From NCBI GenBank assembly GCA_021813145.1, contig JAKALS010000002.1, forward strand, positions 35,595 to 99,594: 64,000 nucleotides of DNA, read 5' to 3'. The DNA is from a bacterium. GTDB lineage: Bacteria > Patescibacteriota > Microgenomatia > Levybacterales > UBA12049. The position numbers and the translations under genes were made by a program. Of this stretch, positions 9,870 through 20,666 are shown one piece after another; the first letter of the stretch is position 1, and every line of letters starts with the position of its first letter. The notes under the pieces are model-generated. The model searched no databases. It saw nothing but the letters and a program-made list of their open reading frames with translations, and was not told the DNA's origin.

Positions 9870-11858
9870 ATGAAATTTAAACTAAAATCGGATTTTAAAC
9901 CGACGGGGGATCAGCCCCAGGCTATCGAAAAACTTACCCAAAGCATAGAAAAAGGAAACGGAAACCAGGTTCTTTTAGGCGTTACGGGGAGCGGAAAAAC
10001 CTTTACCATGGCCAATGTTATACAAAATATTCAAAAGCCTACTCTTATTATTTCCCACAACAAAACTCTTGCGGGACAGCTATACCAGGAATTCAGGGAC
10101 TTCTTCCCCAATAACGCCGTCTGCTATTTTGTATCATATTACGATTTCTACCAGCCGGAGGCGTACATTCCACAAAGCGATACTTACATAGAAAAAGAAG
10201 TGGAAATTAACGAAGAAATAGATAAACTCAGGCTTTCTGCAACGACAAATCTTTTAACGAGAAAAGACGTAATAGTCGTCGCATCTGTTTCCTGTATTTA
10301 CAATCTTGGCTCCCCTCTTGAATACGGAAAATTTGTTATGGAACTGCAAAGGGGAGTTAAAATCGACCAGAAAAGTATCCTTTTAAGGCTGGCAGACCTG
10401 CAATACGAAAGAAATGATTACGGTTTTAAAAGAGGTACATTTAGGGTAAGAGGAGAAAACATAGACCTCTTCCCCGCGTATCTGGACAACGGACTTAGAA
10501 TTGAAATCTCGAACAATTTTATAAAAAAACTTTACGAATTCAATCCTCTTACGGGAGATATCACAAACGTAATTGAAGGGACGGTAATCTATCCGGCAAA
10601 ACATTATATGACAAACCCCGATACCTACAAAGATGTTTTTCCAAAAATAAGAAACGATTTAGATAAAAGAGTTTATGAACTGCGAAAGCAAAACAAACTT
10701 CTTGAAGCCCAAAGACTCCTGCAGCGGACAAACTATGACCTTGAGATGATACAGGAAGTAGGATATGTAAACGGGATAGAAAATTATTCAAGATATTTCG
10801 ACGGGAGAAAACCCGGCGAAGCTCCCTACACGCTCTTGAATTTTTTTAAAGAATGCTCCGCCGATTTTTTAACAATAATCGACGAATCGCATATGACAGT
10901 ACCGCAAATACGAGGAATGTACAACGGAGACAGGGCAAGAAAAGAAACCTTAATCGAATACGGATTCCGTCTTCCGTCCGCTCTAGACAACAGGCCTTTA
11001 AAATACGAAGAATTTGTGCACAGAGTCAACCAGATAACCTACGTAAGCGCTACGCCCGACGAATATGAAATATCACTGGCAAAAGAAACAGACGGCATTG
11101 TAGAGCAGCTCATAAGGCCTACGGGGCTTGTAGATCCTAAAGTTACGGTAAAACCGACAAAGGGACAGATAGAAGACTTAATAAGCGAAATTACAAAAAG
11201 GGTAAACAAAAAACAAAGGGTCCTTGTAACTACCCTTACAAAAAGAATGGCCGAAGAACTCTCTTCTTATCTTGAAGAAAGAGATATAAAAGTTTCTTAT
11301 CTTCATTCCGATATTGAAACACTGGAAAGACAGGACGTTTTGGATAGATTAAGGCTGGGAGAATACGACGTACTCGTAGGAATCAACCTTTTAAGAGAGG
11401 GCCTGGACCTTCCGGAAGTATCACTTGTTGCGATACTGGATGCCGATAAAGAAGGATTTCTAAGGAGCAGGACATCTTTAATTCAAACTATGGGAAGAGC
11501 TGCAAGACACTTGGAAGCGGAGGTAATAATGTATGCCGACGACATGACCGGCTCTATGGAAGCTGCAATAAAGGAAGTAGAAAGAAGAAGAGAAATTCAG
11601 CTTAGCTATAACAAAAAACACCATATAACTCCCAGGGGAATAGAAAAATCCGTACGGGCAAAGCTGGTAGAAGAGCAAAAAGAAAAAGAGGAAATGAATT
11701 ACCTTTTAACGCTAAGCAAAAAAGAAGTGATACTTCCCGACGAAAAAGAAAAACTGATTAAAAATCTTACAAAGGAAATGAAAAAAGCGGCCGCTGAATT
11801 GGACTTTGAAACCGCAACAATATTAAGGGACCAAATAAGAAATCTTAAAACAGTGTAA
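9870..11858 (+). CDS. uvrB: Excinuclease ABC subunit B
   Basis: Walker A GVTGSGKT and helicase motifs. C-terminal UVR domain [18 protein letters not shown]. Confidence 0.95.
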   Translation: MKFKLKSDFKPTGDQPQAIEKLTQSIEKGNGNQVLLGVTGSGKTFTMANVIQNIQKPTLIISHNKTLAGQLYQEFRDFFPNNAVCYFVSYYDFYQPEAYIPQSDTYIEKEVEINEEIDKLRLSATTNLLTRKDVIVVASVSCIYNLGSPLEYGKFVMELQRGVKIDQKSILLRLADLQYERNDYGFKRGTFRVRGENIDLFPAYLDNGLRIEISNNFIKKLYEFNPLTGDITNVIEGTVIYPAKHYMTNPDTYKDVFPKIRNDLDKRVYELRKQNKLLEAQRLLQRTNYDLEMIQEVGYVNGIENYSRYFDGRKPGEAPYTLLNFFKECSADFLTIIDESHMTVPQIRGMYNGDRARKETLIEYGFRLPSALDNRPLKYEEFVHRVNQITYVSATPDEYEISLAKETDGIVEQLIRPTGLVDPKVTVKPTKGQIEDLISEITKRVNKKQRVLVTTLTKRMAEELSSYLEERDIKVSYLHSDIETLERQDVLDRLRLGEYDVLVGINLLREGLDLPEVSLVAILDADKEGFLRSRTSLIQTMGRAARHLEAEVIMYADDMTGSMEAAIKEVERRREIQLSYNKKHHITPRGIEKSVRAKLVEEQKEKEEMNYLLTLSKKEVILPDEKEKLIKNLTKEMKKAAAELDFETATILRDQIRNLKTV

Positions 11859-11974
11859 TATTTTCCACATGTTCGATATCGGTATTATCCTCTACAATAA
11901 GAAAGCTATTCCTAGACTTTTAGAAATCCCGGGAGGAATCATGCGAGGTATTCACCTTTTCGGACAATCCCCAT

Positions 11975-12256
11975 TTATTTTTTCTTTCGAAGGTAATAAA
12001 GTTTAGATCTTCTTACTTTATCTTTAAGATGACTTTTAACCTCTACCTTTTCAACATTAGGCGTGTTTACGGGAAAAATTCTTTCAATCCCCACATCGCC
12101 TACCATTTTTCTTACCGTGAAAGATTTATTCCCTTCTCTGCCTTTGATTTTTAAGACCACTCCTTCAAATATCTGAATCCTTGTTTTTTCGCCTTCTTTT
12201 ATTTTTTGGTGAACTCTTATAATATCTCCGGGAACAAAATTAACCGCGTTTAACAT
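11975..12256 (-). CDS. rplS: 50S ribosomal protein L19
   Basis: [21 protein letters not shown]...RRSKLYYLR matches the L19 signature. Confidence 0.9.
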   Translation of the reverse strand: MLNAVNFVPGDIIRVHQKIKEGEKTRIQIFEGVVLKIKGREGNKSFTVRKMVGDVGIERIFPVNTPNVEKVEVKSHLKDKVRRSKLYYLRKKK

Positions 12257-12292
12257 AAAGCATATTATATCTTAAAAAACCCGCCTTGACAA

Positions 12293-14020
12293 TCATTTTG
12301 TTTTAGAGGACGCCTTAAGAAATTCTACAAAAACAGGATGAGGAGACAAAGGTCTGCTTTTGTATTCGGGGTGCCCTTGAGTTCCAAAGTAAAACGGGTG
12401 GGCACTTTTTGGTAATTCTATTATTTCTGCCAGGTTTTCTATTACCGAACGCGCGCTTATAGTCATCCCCTTATCTTCGAATTGTTTTGCAAATTTATCA
12501 TTAAATTCATATCTATGTCTATGTCTTTCGCTGATTATTGATTTATCCCTATTTTTAAAAGCATTATATTTTTGATATATTTCATAAGCTCTAGTACCTT
12601 TCTTGACTTTTGCATCCCAGGCTCCTAGCCTCATTGTTCCTCCGTAAGCTCTTCTTTCCATAAGTTCTTTTTGACTCGGAATAAAATGAATTACGTCATG
12701 TTTTGACTTAGGATTGTTTTCTACTGTGTTCGCGTCTTTAAATCCCAGAATATCCCTTGCAAAAGCCACAGCAGCTAGCTGCATTCCGTAGCAGAGTCCA
12801 AGATACGGAATTTTATTTTTTCTTGCATAACTTGCGGCTTCTATCATCCCTTCCGCTCCTCTTTCGCCCCAACCTATCGGAACGATTATCCCATCGGGTT
12901 CACCCAATACTTCACGGACCCCCTGATCAGCATCTTTTTTGTCTTTCAAAGCTTTAGCTACAAAGGATTCTATTTTTTCCGCATCAATCCAGAAGGTTTT
13001 AACTTTTAAACCGGTTTCCCAGGCTGCGTGGTCTATGGCATCGAAAAGCGCCGCGTAAGAATCCCTTAATTGATACTCGCCTGTTCCGAAGTATTTTCCG
13101 ACAATTGCTATATTGATTTCTTTTTTTGATTTTCTCATTCTACTTATAAGTTGATTCCATTCCTTAAGGTCCTTCGTTTTTACTCTAAGCCCCAGCTTCT
13201 TGATTATCTTTTTATCCAAATCTTGTTTCTTAAGAACCAAAGGTATTTCGTAGACCGAGTTCATATCGGGACTGGAGATTACATCCTCTTTATGCATATT
13301 ACAAAAAAGGGCAAGTCTGTCTTTTCTCCTGTCATCCAAAAATCTTAAAGAACGGGTAATTATAAAATCAGGTTGTATCCCCATGGAATTGAGCGTTCTT
13401 ACGGAGAGCTGAGTGGGTTTAGTTTTCGGCTCGCCTAAATGACCGGGCGTGGGAACATAGCTTACGTGTATATGGATTACGTCTCCCGGATTTTTTAACG
13501 TCATCATTCTTGACGCTTCATAATAAAATACGTTCTGATATTCTCCGGCTGTCCCACCGAGTTCGATTATTACAATATCGGCTTTTTTTACTTTGCCTAC
13601 ATTTTCTATTCTTCCTATTATCTCATTAGTTATATAAGGAATAGCCTCTACGTCTTCTCCTTCGTATTCGAACCTTCTTTCTTTGTCTATAACCGTTTTA
13701 TAAATCTGTCCCATTGTAACGAAGTTGTCCCTTCCCATGTTTTCTCCGAGATATTTTTCATAGCTTCCTATATCCATGTCTGCCTCTGTTCCGTCTTCGC
13801 ACAGAAATGGATCACCGTGTTCTATCGGATTTATTGTCCCGGCGTCAAGATTCAGATAATTTTCGAATTTAATGGGGGTTACTTTATAGCCCGCAGATTT
13901 GAGAAGAAGAGCTATGGATGCAGCGGTAGTTCCTTTACCTATTCCGGATATCACCCCTCCGGAAACAAATATGTATTTTAACTTTTTAATATTACTAGAG
14001 GGCACGATTAATGATACCAA
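12293..14020 (-). CDS. pyrG: CTP synthase
   Basis: YIFVSGGVISGIGKG N-terminus and glutamine amidotransferase GLCYGMQ. The track start at 14020 is a TTG; a GTG five codons downstream is an alternative. Confidence 0.9.
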   Translation of the reverse strand: MVSLIVPSSNIKKLKYIFVSGGVISGIGKGTTAASIALLLKSAGYKVTPIKFENYLNLDAGTINPIEHGDPFLCEDGTEADMDIGSYEKYLGENMGRDNFVTMGQIYKTVIDKERRFEYEGEDVEAIPYITNEIIGRIENVGKVKKADIVIIELGGTAGEYQNVFYYEASRMMTLKNPGDVIHIHVSYVPTPGHLGEPKTKPTQLSVRTLNSMGIQPDFIITRSLRFLDDRRKDRLALFCNMHKEDVISSPDMNSVYEIPLVLKKQDLDKKIIKKLGLRVKTKDLKEWNQLISRMRKSKKEINIAIVGKYFGTGEYQLRDSYAALFDAIDHAAWETGLKVKTFWIDAEKIESFVAKALKDKKDADQGVREVLGEPDGIIVPIGWGERGAEGMIEAASYARKNKIPYLGLCYGMQLAAVAFARDILGFKDANTVENNPKSKHDVIHFIPSQKELMERRAYGGTMRLGAWDAKVKKGTRAYEIYQKYNAFKNRDKSIISERHRHRYEFNDKFAKQFEDKGMTISARSVIENLAEIIELPKSAHPFYFGTQGHPEYKSRPLSPHPVFVEFLKASSKTK

Positions 14021-14054
14021 ATAGCAAATTGAACGTCAATAAGAAAACTTTATG

Positions 14055-14125
14055 AGCGGGATACGAGAATTGAACTCGCTTCTCTACCTTGGGAAGGTAG
14101 CATACTACCGGTGTACTAATCCCGC
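14055..14125 (-). tRNA. tRNA-Gly (anticodon CCC)
   Basis: Manual fold of the reverse complement. Acceptor GCGGGAT/ATCCCGC, anticodon stem CTACC/GGTAG with loop TTCCCAA, T-arm CGAGTTCAATTCTCG. CCA is not encoded. Confidence 0.7.
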
Positions 14126-14223
14126 GCACGTGAATAGATTCTACCATTTCTGTTAGAATAATTCACTACAATACTGCGGCAGTTCTAAGCTGCCCGTATT
14201 AAACTTTAAAAGGGAAATTAAAC

Positions 14224-14856
14224 TTAACGGGGGATCTTTAATACATTTCCTGAATGTATTATGTCCGGATTCGCAAGGCTGTTTGCTTTTGCAATATCAA
14301 CCCATTTGTATCCGTCTCCGTAAGCTCTTAATGCAATTTCCCAAAGATAATCTCCTTTTTGTACGGTATAAGTTACTCCTGTTATGGAAGGCTGGGTCAC
14401 AGTTGTAGGCACAGTGCTTGTAACGACCCTTGTTTTAACATTGGGAACAATAAGATTGGTTCCCGAAAATAGAACATTGGGATCGCTAAGTTTGTTTGCG
14501 TTTGCAAGATCTACCCAGTTATAACCGGAACCGTATATTTTTTCGGCAATACTCCAAAGATCGTCTCCCGCTTTTACCGAATAGGTCTTTGGAAGCATTT
14601 TTGTTCCCCCTACTTGTCTTTGCGTAGGAACAGGTGTTGCCGTTGCCGTTGCCGTTGAAGTCGATTGTGTTGACGTAGTAAGGTTCCTTCCTTTAATAAA
14701 AGAGAAAACCAAAATAGCCGCAACAACGACTACCACAATTCCGAGAAATAAACTTGTATAGGACTCTCCCCATTTAACTTCAGGGAAAATATTGCTTTTA
14801 GCTTTAGCCGATTTGGGGGCAGAACTTTTTCTGACTGTTTTTTTTGCTCTAGGCAT
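14224..14856 (-). CDS. Membrane-anchored protein with two LysM domains
   Basis: Start MPRAKK (ATG at 14856) is preceded by GGAGG. The longer track ORF to 14961 would overlap tRNA-Asp. It has an N-terminal TM helix, a Thr-rich linker, and two LysM repeats (DDLWSIAEKIYGSGYNWVDLANAN and GDYLWEIALRAYGDGYKWVDIAKAN). Confidence 0.75.
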   Translation of the reverse strand: MPRAKKTVRKSSAPKSAKAKSNIFPEVKWGESYTSLFLGIVVVVVAAILVFSFIKGRNLTTSTQSTSTATATATPVPTQRQVGGTKMLPKTYSVKAGDDLWSIAEKIYGSGYNWVDLANANKLSDPNVLFSGTNLIVPNVKTRVVTSTVPTTVTQPSITGVTYTVQKGDYLWEIALRAYGDGYKWVDIAKANSLANPDIIHSGNVLKIPR

Positions 14857-14902
14857 CTTTGTCCTCCTTTCCGGACAGGGGTAAAGGAACTTTAGTATGG
14901 TG

Positions 14903-14977
14903 CGGGGTGAACGGGGCTCGAACCCGCGACCTCTTCCGTGACAGGGAAGCGCTCTAACCAAACTGAGCTACCACCCC
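14903..14977 (-). tRNA. tRNA-Asp (anticodon GTC)
   Basis: Reverse complement folds as GGGGTGG-TA-GCTCAGTTTGGTTAGAGC, anticodon loop CTGTCAC, T-arm GCGGGTTCGAGCCCCGT, acceptor TCACCCC. Confidence 0.75.
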
Positions 14978-15084
14978 AGACTTACTGAGATTGCATTATC
15001 CTAACAAATTGCTCAGATATAGTCAATCCTGATTACGGTTTTTTGCTTGTGCCCCAAAGACCGAAGTGCTATGATTTTTTTGCC

Positions 15085-16848
15085 ATGAGCAACAAAGAAA
15101 TCGCAAAATTATTAAGGAACGTAGCAGCTGCCTATACTATTAAGGACGAAAAAAAGTTTTACTTCCAAATAGTCGCCTACCAAAAAGCCGCGGAAGCAAT
15201 AGAAGGACTTACTTCGGAACTAAAGGACTATTATGCGGAAGACAAGCTTGATGAGGTTCCGGGTATAGGGGTAACCTTGAAGTCGAGACTTGAGGAACTC
15301 TTTAAAAAAGGCAAAGTAGCTCATTACGAATGGGCACTTTCCGGAATTCCTCAGGCCATGTTCCCCCTCTTGGACATTCCTTCATTCGGTCCGAAAAAAG
15401 CATATAAACTGGTAAAGGAATTTAATCTTAAAAACCCCGACACCGTGATAGATGACATAGAAAAAATTGCAAAAGAAGGACGCATAGCTTCTCTTTCGGG
15501 TTTCGGAGAAAAATCCCAGAGTGATATTTTAAGGGCCATAGCGGAATTTAGAAAAGGCTCGGGTAAAACAACCAGAATGACTCTTCCCTTTGCGTCGGAG
15601 GTAGCCGAAAAAATGCTTGATTATTTAAGAAAATCTCCCGATGTTATAAGGGCCGAGCCTCTCGGAAGCCTAAGAAGAAGTTCTCCCACTGTCGGCGACA
15701 TAGATATTGCGGTAGCTTCAAAAAATCCTAAAGCAGTTCTTAATTATTTTATTAAATATCCTTACCTTGACAGGATTATCGAAAAAGGGTCAGTATCTTC
15801 TTCGATTTTAGCTTCAGGGGGAAAGCAGATTGATCTTCTTATCCAACCGCCGGAGGGATTCGGAGCATTGCTTCAACACTTTACGGGCAGCAAAAATCAT
15901 AATGTTCATTTAAGGGAATTTGCCCTGAAAAAAAGCCTGTCTTTGTCTGAATACGGAATAAAAAATACAAAGACAGGTAAATCAACGCAATACTCAAGCG
16001 AAGAAGAATTTTATAAAGCTATCGGACTTGAATGGATTCCTCCCGAAATGAGGGAAGACACGGGGGAAATTGAGTCGGCAGCAGAAGGAAATTTACCTAA
16101 AATTATAGAACTCTCGGATATAAAAGGAGATTTACACCTTCATTCAAGTTTTCCGATAGAACCAAGCCATGACCTTGGAGTAAATAATTTCAAGGAAATG
16201 CTTGCAGTAGCAAAGGATCTTAACTACGAATACGTAGGCTTTGCGGAGCACAATCCGAGCGTTTCGAAGCATACTCCAGAAAAAATTTACGGATTGGTTT
16301 CAAGAAGGAATGAAGCTATTGAACATATTTTATCGGACAATAAAAGTATTCGTATATTTAAATTACTCGAAACAGATATTCTACCTAACGGACAACTTGC
16401 AATTGATAATAAAACCCTTGAAACCCTGGATGGGACAATTGTTTCCATTCACAGTGTTTTTAATATGAGAAAAGACGAGATGACAAAAAGGGTAATCGAG
16501 GGACTGTCACATAAAAAAGCGAAAATACTTGCCCACCCGACCGGAAGAATGTTAAATGAAAGACCCGGTTACGAACTTGATTGGGAAAAGATATTCGAAT
16601 TCTGCATAAAGAATAACAAGGCGCTCGAAATTAACAGCTGGCCAACAAGACTAGATTTACCGGATTCCCTTATCCGAGAAGCGGTAAACAGAAAAATTAA
16701 AATGGTAATAGACACCGACAGCCACGCAAAAGACCAAATGTATCTTCAAAAATATGGCGTGGAAATGGCAAGAAGAGGCTGGGCTACTAAAAGTGACATA
16801 GTAAATACTTTGTCGTATAATGAATTCAGGGAATGGCTAAAAATCTGA
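15085..16848 (+). CDS. polX: DNA polymerase X family protein with C-terminal PHP phosphoesterase domain
   Basis: N-terminal HhH/Pol-beta-like region ([28 protein letters not shown]) and nucleotidyltransferase [16 protein letters not shown]-terminal PHP (DLHLHSSF). The track ORF starts at TTG 15043; ATG 15085 is preferred. Confidence 0.8.
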   Translation: MSNKEIAKLLRNVAAAYTIKDEKKFYFQIVAYQKAAEAIEGLTSELKDYYAEDKLDEVPGIGVTLKSRLEELFKKGKVAHYEWALSGIPQAMFPLLDIPSFGPKKAYKLVKEFNLKNPDTVIDDIEKIAKEGRIASLSGFGEKSQSDILRAIAEFRKGSGKTTRMTLPFASEVAEKMLDYLRKSPDVIRAEPLGSLRRSSPTVGDIDIAVASKNPKAVLNYFIKYPYLDRIIEKGSVSSSILASGGKQIDLLIQPPEGFGALLQHFTGSKNHNVHLREFALKKSLSLSEYGIKNTKTGKSTQYSSEEEFYKAIGLEWIPPEMREDTGEIESAAEGNLPKIIELSDIKGDLHLHSSFPIEPSHDLGVNNFKEMLAVAKDLNYEYVGFAEHNPSVSKHTPEKIYGLVSRRNEAIEHILSDNKSIRIFKLLETDILPNGQLAIDNKTLETLDGTIVSIHSVFNMRKDEMTKRVIEGLSHKKAKILAHPTGRMLNERPGYELDWEKIFEFCIKNNKALEINSWPTRLDLPDSLIREAVNRKIKMVIDTDSHAKDQMYLQKYGVEMARRGWATKSDIVNTLSYNEFREWLKI

Positions 16849-16861
16849 AGGAGGTGAGTTT

Positions 16862-17413
16862 GTGAGTATTACAATTACTTTGATTATCGTTGTTGCTGTT
16901 ATTATCGGACTTGTCTGGTATCTCTATAACAGCTTTATAGTAACCAAAATGAGGGTTTCAGAAGCATTCTCGCAGATAGACGTACAGCTTAAGCGAAGAA
17001 CTGATTTAATCCCGAACCTTGTAGAAACAGTAAAGGGCTATGCCAAACATGAAAGGGAGCTTTTTGAAAAGGTAACAAAAGAAAGAGCCAGTCTTGTCTC
17101 CGCAAAAAGTGCCGGAGAAAAAGCCGAAGCAAATAATCAGCTTTCTCAAACCCTAAAATCTATATTCGCGGTTGCCGAAAACTATCCCGAACTTAAAGCA
17201 AGCCAAAATTTTATGGAGCTGCAGGATGAACTTTCCGATACGGAAAATAAAATTGCGTATGCGAGACAGTTCTATAACAGCACTGTTATGGACTACAATA
17301 CAAAACTCCAGGTATTTCCGAATGTTTTTCTGGCAAGGATATTGAATTTTAAACCTGCGGAATTTTTCGGCGCAACGGAAGAAGAAAAAAAACCCGTAAA
17401 AGTAAGTTTCTAA
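16862..17413 (+). CDS. lemA: LemA family protein
   Basis: N-terminal TM plus LemA core. GTG start sits 7 nt after GGAGG (16850-16854). Upstream of htpX as in many genomes. Confidence 0.8.
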   Translation: MSITITLIIVVAVIIGLVWYLYNSFIVTKMRVSEAFSQIDVQLKRRTDLIPNLVETVKGYAKHERELFEKVTKERASLVSAKSAGEKAEANNQLSQTLKSIFAVAENYPELKASQNFMELQDELSDTENKIAYARQFYNSTVMDYNTKLQVFPNVFLARILNFKPAEFFGATEEEKKPVKVSF

Positions 17414-17417
17414 GACC

Positions 17418-18320
17418 ATGAAGGTATATTCGTCTATTTCAGGAAATAAGACAAAAACATGGCTGATAATGCTGTTTTTTGTCGTTTTCATTACGACCAT
17501 CGTCTATGTATTCTCAAAGGCAATGGGTTACGGGCTTTCTTTGGCAGGAATAGCGCTTATTCTTGCGGGAATTACGAGTATTGGAAGTTATTATTATTCC
17601 GACAAGCTCGTACTTGCCACGTCCGGGGCAAAAGAAATAAAAAAATCGGATAACCCCGAACTTTTCAGAACTGTCGAAAATCTTTGTATCGGTGACGGTT
17701 TACCGATGCCGAAAATATATATAATAAATGACACTTCCCCAAACGCTTTTGCTACGGGAAGAGACCCCAAGCATGCCGTGGTATGTGTGACGTCCGGACT
17801 GTTAAACAAACTTGATGATGTCGAACTCGAAGGAGTTATAGCTCACGAGCTGTCGCATGTAAAAAATTACGACATTAGACTTATGGGTGTTGTAGCAATT
17901 CTGGTAGGTTTTGTTGCTATTTTGGCAAATTTGTTTATGAACCAGCTCTGGTGGGGAGGTTTTGGGAGAGACAGAGAAGACAGAGGAAGCAATATCCAGG
18001 CATTATTTCTTGTTATCGGAATAATTCTCGCAATACTTTCCCCTATTGCAGCAACCCTTATACAACTTGCAGTTTCAAGAAAAAGAGAATTTCTTGCCGA
18101 TGCTTCCGGAGCTCTTCTTACAAGATATCCGGAAGGACTTGCCAGCGCCCTTGAAAAAATCTCAAAAGACCCTGCGGTTCTTAAAACCGCCAATAACGCA
18201 ACGGCACACCTTTTTATAGTCAACCCCTTTAAAGGAAAATCGGCAAAATCCTGGTTTGCATCCCTTTTCGACACACACCCGCCTATCGAAGAACGCATTA
18301 AGGCTCTTCGGGAAATGTAA
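17418..18320 (+). CDS. htpX: Zinc metalloprotease HtpX (M48)
   Basis: HELSHVKNYD HExxH motif, 4 TM segments, and C-terminal FDTHPPIEERI. Confidence 0.85.
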   Translation: MKVYSSISGNKTKTWLIMLFFVVFITTIVYVFSKAMGYGLSLAGIALILAGITSIGSYYYSDKLVLATSGAKEIKKSDNPELFRTVENLCIGDGLPMPKIYIINDTSPNAFATGRDPKHAVVCVTSGLLNKLDDVELEGVIAHELSHVKNYDIRLMGVVAILVGFVAILANLFMNQLWWGGFGRDREDRGSNIQALFLVIGIILAILSPIAATLIQLAVSRKREFLADASGALLTRYPEGLASALEKISKDPAVLKTANNATAHLFIVNPFKGKSAKSWFASLFDTHPPIEERIKALREM

Positions 18321-19606
18321 TGCTAAATCTTATCCTTATTCTTACAGGAAAATTATTGTCTTTTATAAGCGTTTATCTAAATCTTGGAAACGGTTCAACT
18401 TGGCCGGGCCATATTGCCCTTAATATTAATCCTGATTTTGCGGGAGAAATTCTTAAAAAATCTAAAACAAAGATAATTCTGATAACAGGTACAAACGGCA
18501 AAACGACAACGGCAAAAATACTTGAGTCAATTCTTGAAAAAGACGGAAAAAGAGTTTTAACAAATAAATCCGGAGCAAACCTCTTAAACGGAATTGCTTC
18601 CTCCCTTATTATGGAAGCAGGAGCTAACGGAAAAGTGAATAAGGATTATGCAATTTTTGAAACTGATGAAAGCGCCCTTTCCGAAGTAGCCTCAAGATTA
18701 ACTCCCGATTTTCTTATTGCCCTCGACTTATTCAGAGACCAGCTCGACAGATACGGAGAGGTGGATACAATATATAAAAACTGGAAAAGCATATATTCGG
18801 ACTTAAAAGGAAAAACAAAATTTATTCTTAACGGAGACGATCCGAGAATTGCTTATCTCGGAATGGAAACCGACGTAGATGCAAAATATTTCGGGCTCGA
18901 TGAACCCGCCTTTAAAACAAATATTCCACAATACGCCGCCGACTCTAGTATTTGCCCCAGGTGTTCTCATACTCTTGAGTTTAAACCGCTTTATTTTTCG
19001 CATATCGGAGTTTGGGAATGTCCCTCGTGCGGTCTTAAAAGACCTCGAATTTCTCTGAATAAAAGTCCCTCGTACCCTCTTGAGGGAATTTATAACATCT
19101 ATAACACTCTCGCATCCGTCCTCACCGCTCAAGAACTCGGAGTAGAAAAAGAAGCAATAGAAAAAGGTCTGATAGACTTTAAGCCTGCTTTTGGAAGGCA
19201 GGAAGAACTTAACATAGATAATCGTAAAGTCAAACTTTTCCTTTCAAAAAATCCGACCGGTTTTAATGAATCACTAAGGACAATTAATAGCCTGAAAGCA
19301 GGATATCTGCTTATAGTTTTAAATGACAGAATCCCAGACGGGAGAGACATATCATGGATATGGGATATAGATTTTGAAAACCTCTTAAAAACAAAAACGA
19401 CGATTAATTTAGCAGGAGACAGAGTTTATGATATGGCATTAAGGCTTAAATATGCGGGGTTAAAAACTCTAAATTTTGAAGATCTGGATGAGGCAATAAA
19501 TAATGTACTTGAAAAAGTTTCCGAAGGAGAAACTTTATATATCCTTCCTACTTATTCGGCAATGCTTGAAGTAAGAAAGATTCTAACAGGAAAGAAAATA
19601 TTATGA
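18320..19606 (+). CDS. murT: Lipid II isoglutaminyl synthase subunit MurT (Mur ligase family)
   Basis: Mur-ligase P-loop ITGTNGKTTT, Cys4 ribbon CPRCSH...CPSCG, and a C-terminal DUF1727-like region. 1-nt overlap with the htpX stop. Confidence 0.8.
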   Translation: MLNLILILTGKLLSFISVYLNLGNGSTWPGHIALNINPDFAGEILKKSKTKIILITGTNGKTTTAKILESILEKDGKRVLTNKSGANLLNGIASSLIMEAGANGKVNKDYAIFETDESALSEVASRLTPDFLIALDLFRDQLDRYGEVDTIYKNWKSIYSDLKGKTKFILNGDDPRIAYLGMETDVDAKYFGLDEPAFKTNIPQYAADSSICPRCSHTLEFKPLYFSHIGVWECPSCGLKRPRISLNKSPSYPLEGIYNIYNTLASVLTAQELGVEKEAIEKGLIDFKPAFGRQEELNIDNRKVKLFLSKNPTGFNESLRTINSLKAGYLLIVLNDRIPDGRDISWIWDIDFENLLKTKTTINLAGDRVYDMALRLKYAGLKTLNFEDLDEAINNVLEKVSEGETLYILPTYSAMLEVRKILTGKKIL

Positions 19607-20370
19607 AATCGGCAATCAGCAATCAAAAATCTTTAATCATCGGATGGCTTTATCCTGACCTTATGAATACGTACGGAGACACGGGAAATATTACCGTTAT
19701 AAAAAAAAGGTGCTTATGGAGAGGGATAAATGCCGAAATTAAAAGCATAGGTCTTAATTCAAATGAAAAAGACCTTTTATCCTGCGACTTACTTCTTATG
19801 GGAGGGGCCCAGGACACGCAGCAGGAAATTGTAGCCAAAGACCTAAAAAGAAAAAAAGATGCGCTAAAAGAAACGATAGAAAAGGGAATTCCGGGCCTTT
19901 ATATCTGCGGAGGATTTCAGTATTTGGGCAATTACTATAAAACGGCTGACGGACATAAACTGGAACAGCTTGGAGTACTTGATATGTATACGGAAAATCC
20001 GGGGAGGAAAAGACTTATCGGGAATATAGCGGTAGAGACAGAAATTTTCGGGGGAAAGAAAATTTTACTCGGTTTTGAAAACCACGGAGGAAGAACTGTC
20101 TTAGGCAAAACAATAGTACCTCTTGGAAAAGTGTTAAAAGGATTCGGAAGCAACGACAAAGATAAAGAAGAAGGAGCAGTTTATAAAAATACTATTGGAA
20201 CATATTTTCACGGCCCTATTCTTCCCAAGAACCCGTTTCTCGCAGATTACCTCATAAAAAAAGCTCTCGAAATAAAATACGGGGAAGAAATAAGTCTTGA
20301 AAAACTGAATGACGAATTAGCCGAAAAAGCAAGAAAAACGATTGCTAAAAGGCTCTCTATTGCCATATAA
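19603..20370 (+). CDS. gatD: Lipid II isoglutaminyl synthase glutaminase subunit GatD (CobQ/CobB-type GATase)
   Basis: Catalytic Cys in YICGGFQYLG and His in YFHGPIL. ATGA overlap with murT. Confidence 0.8.
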   Translation: MKSAISNQKSLIIGWLYPDLMNTYGDTGNITVIKKRCLWRGINAEIKSIGLNSNEKDLLSCDLLLMGGAQDTQQEIVAKDLKRKKDALKETIEKGIPGLYICGGFQYLGNYYKTADGHKLEQLGVLDMYTENPGRKRLIGNIAVETEIFGGKKILLGFENHGGRTVLGKTIVPLGKVLKGFGSNDKDKEEGAVYKNTIGTYFHGPILPKNPFLADYLIKKALEIKYGEEISLEKLNDELAEKARKTIAKRLSIAI

Positions 20371-20378
20371 TAAAGCTA

Positions 20379-20666
20379 ATGAAAATTAACGTGCCCCATA
20401 TAGCAAAACTGGCAAATTTCCCCCTGTCTACGGAAGAACTGAAAAAATTTGAAATTCAGCTTGAAGAAACCGTAAAGCATGTAGAGAGTCTTAGTACCGT
20501 AAAGACAAATGGAATAGAACCGACGAGTCAGGTAACAGGACTTGAAAATGTAACACGTGAAGACGTTGCAAAACCCTCTCTGACCCAGGAAGAAGCATTA
20601 TCGAATACAAAATCAAAACACAACGGGATGTTTATGGTAAAAGGAATTTTCGAAAATGAAGCTTAA
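20379..20666 (+). CDS. gatC: Glu/Asp-tRNA amidotransferase subunit C
   Basis: Typical GatC. Length 95 aa. Precedes gatA and gatB. Confidence 0.85.
   Translation: MKINVPHIAKLANFPLSTEELKKFEIQLEETVKHVESLSTVKTNGIEPTSQVTGLENVTREDVAKPSLTQEEALSNTKSKHNGMFMVKGIFENEA

Noticed and set aside
11859-11974. Possible Cheo-type LexA box (GAAC-N4-GTTC) near CACATGTTCGATATCG
   Set aside because: Only short self-complementary bits are present (ACATGT, CGATATCG). There is no GAAC...GTTC dyad, and the region lies between convergent gene ends.
14170-14200. Short hairpin GGCAG-N7-CTGCC downstream of the LysM gene as a terminator
   Set aside because: The stem is only 5-6 bp with no convincing U-tract on either strand.
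14224-14961. Full-length 245-aa version of the LysM ORF
   Set aside because: The N-terminal extension overlaps tRNA-Asp. The start was trimmed to ATG 14856, which has an RBS.
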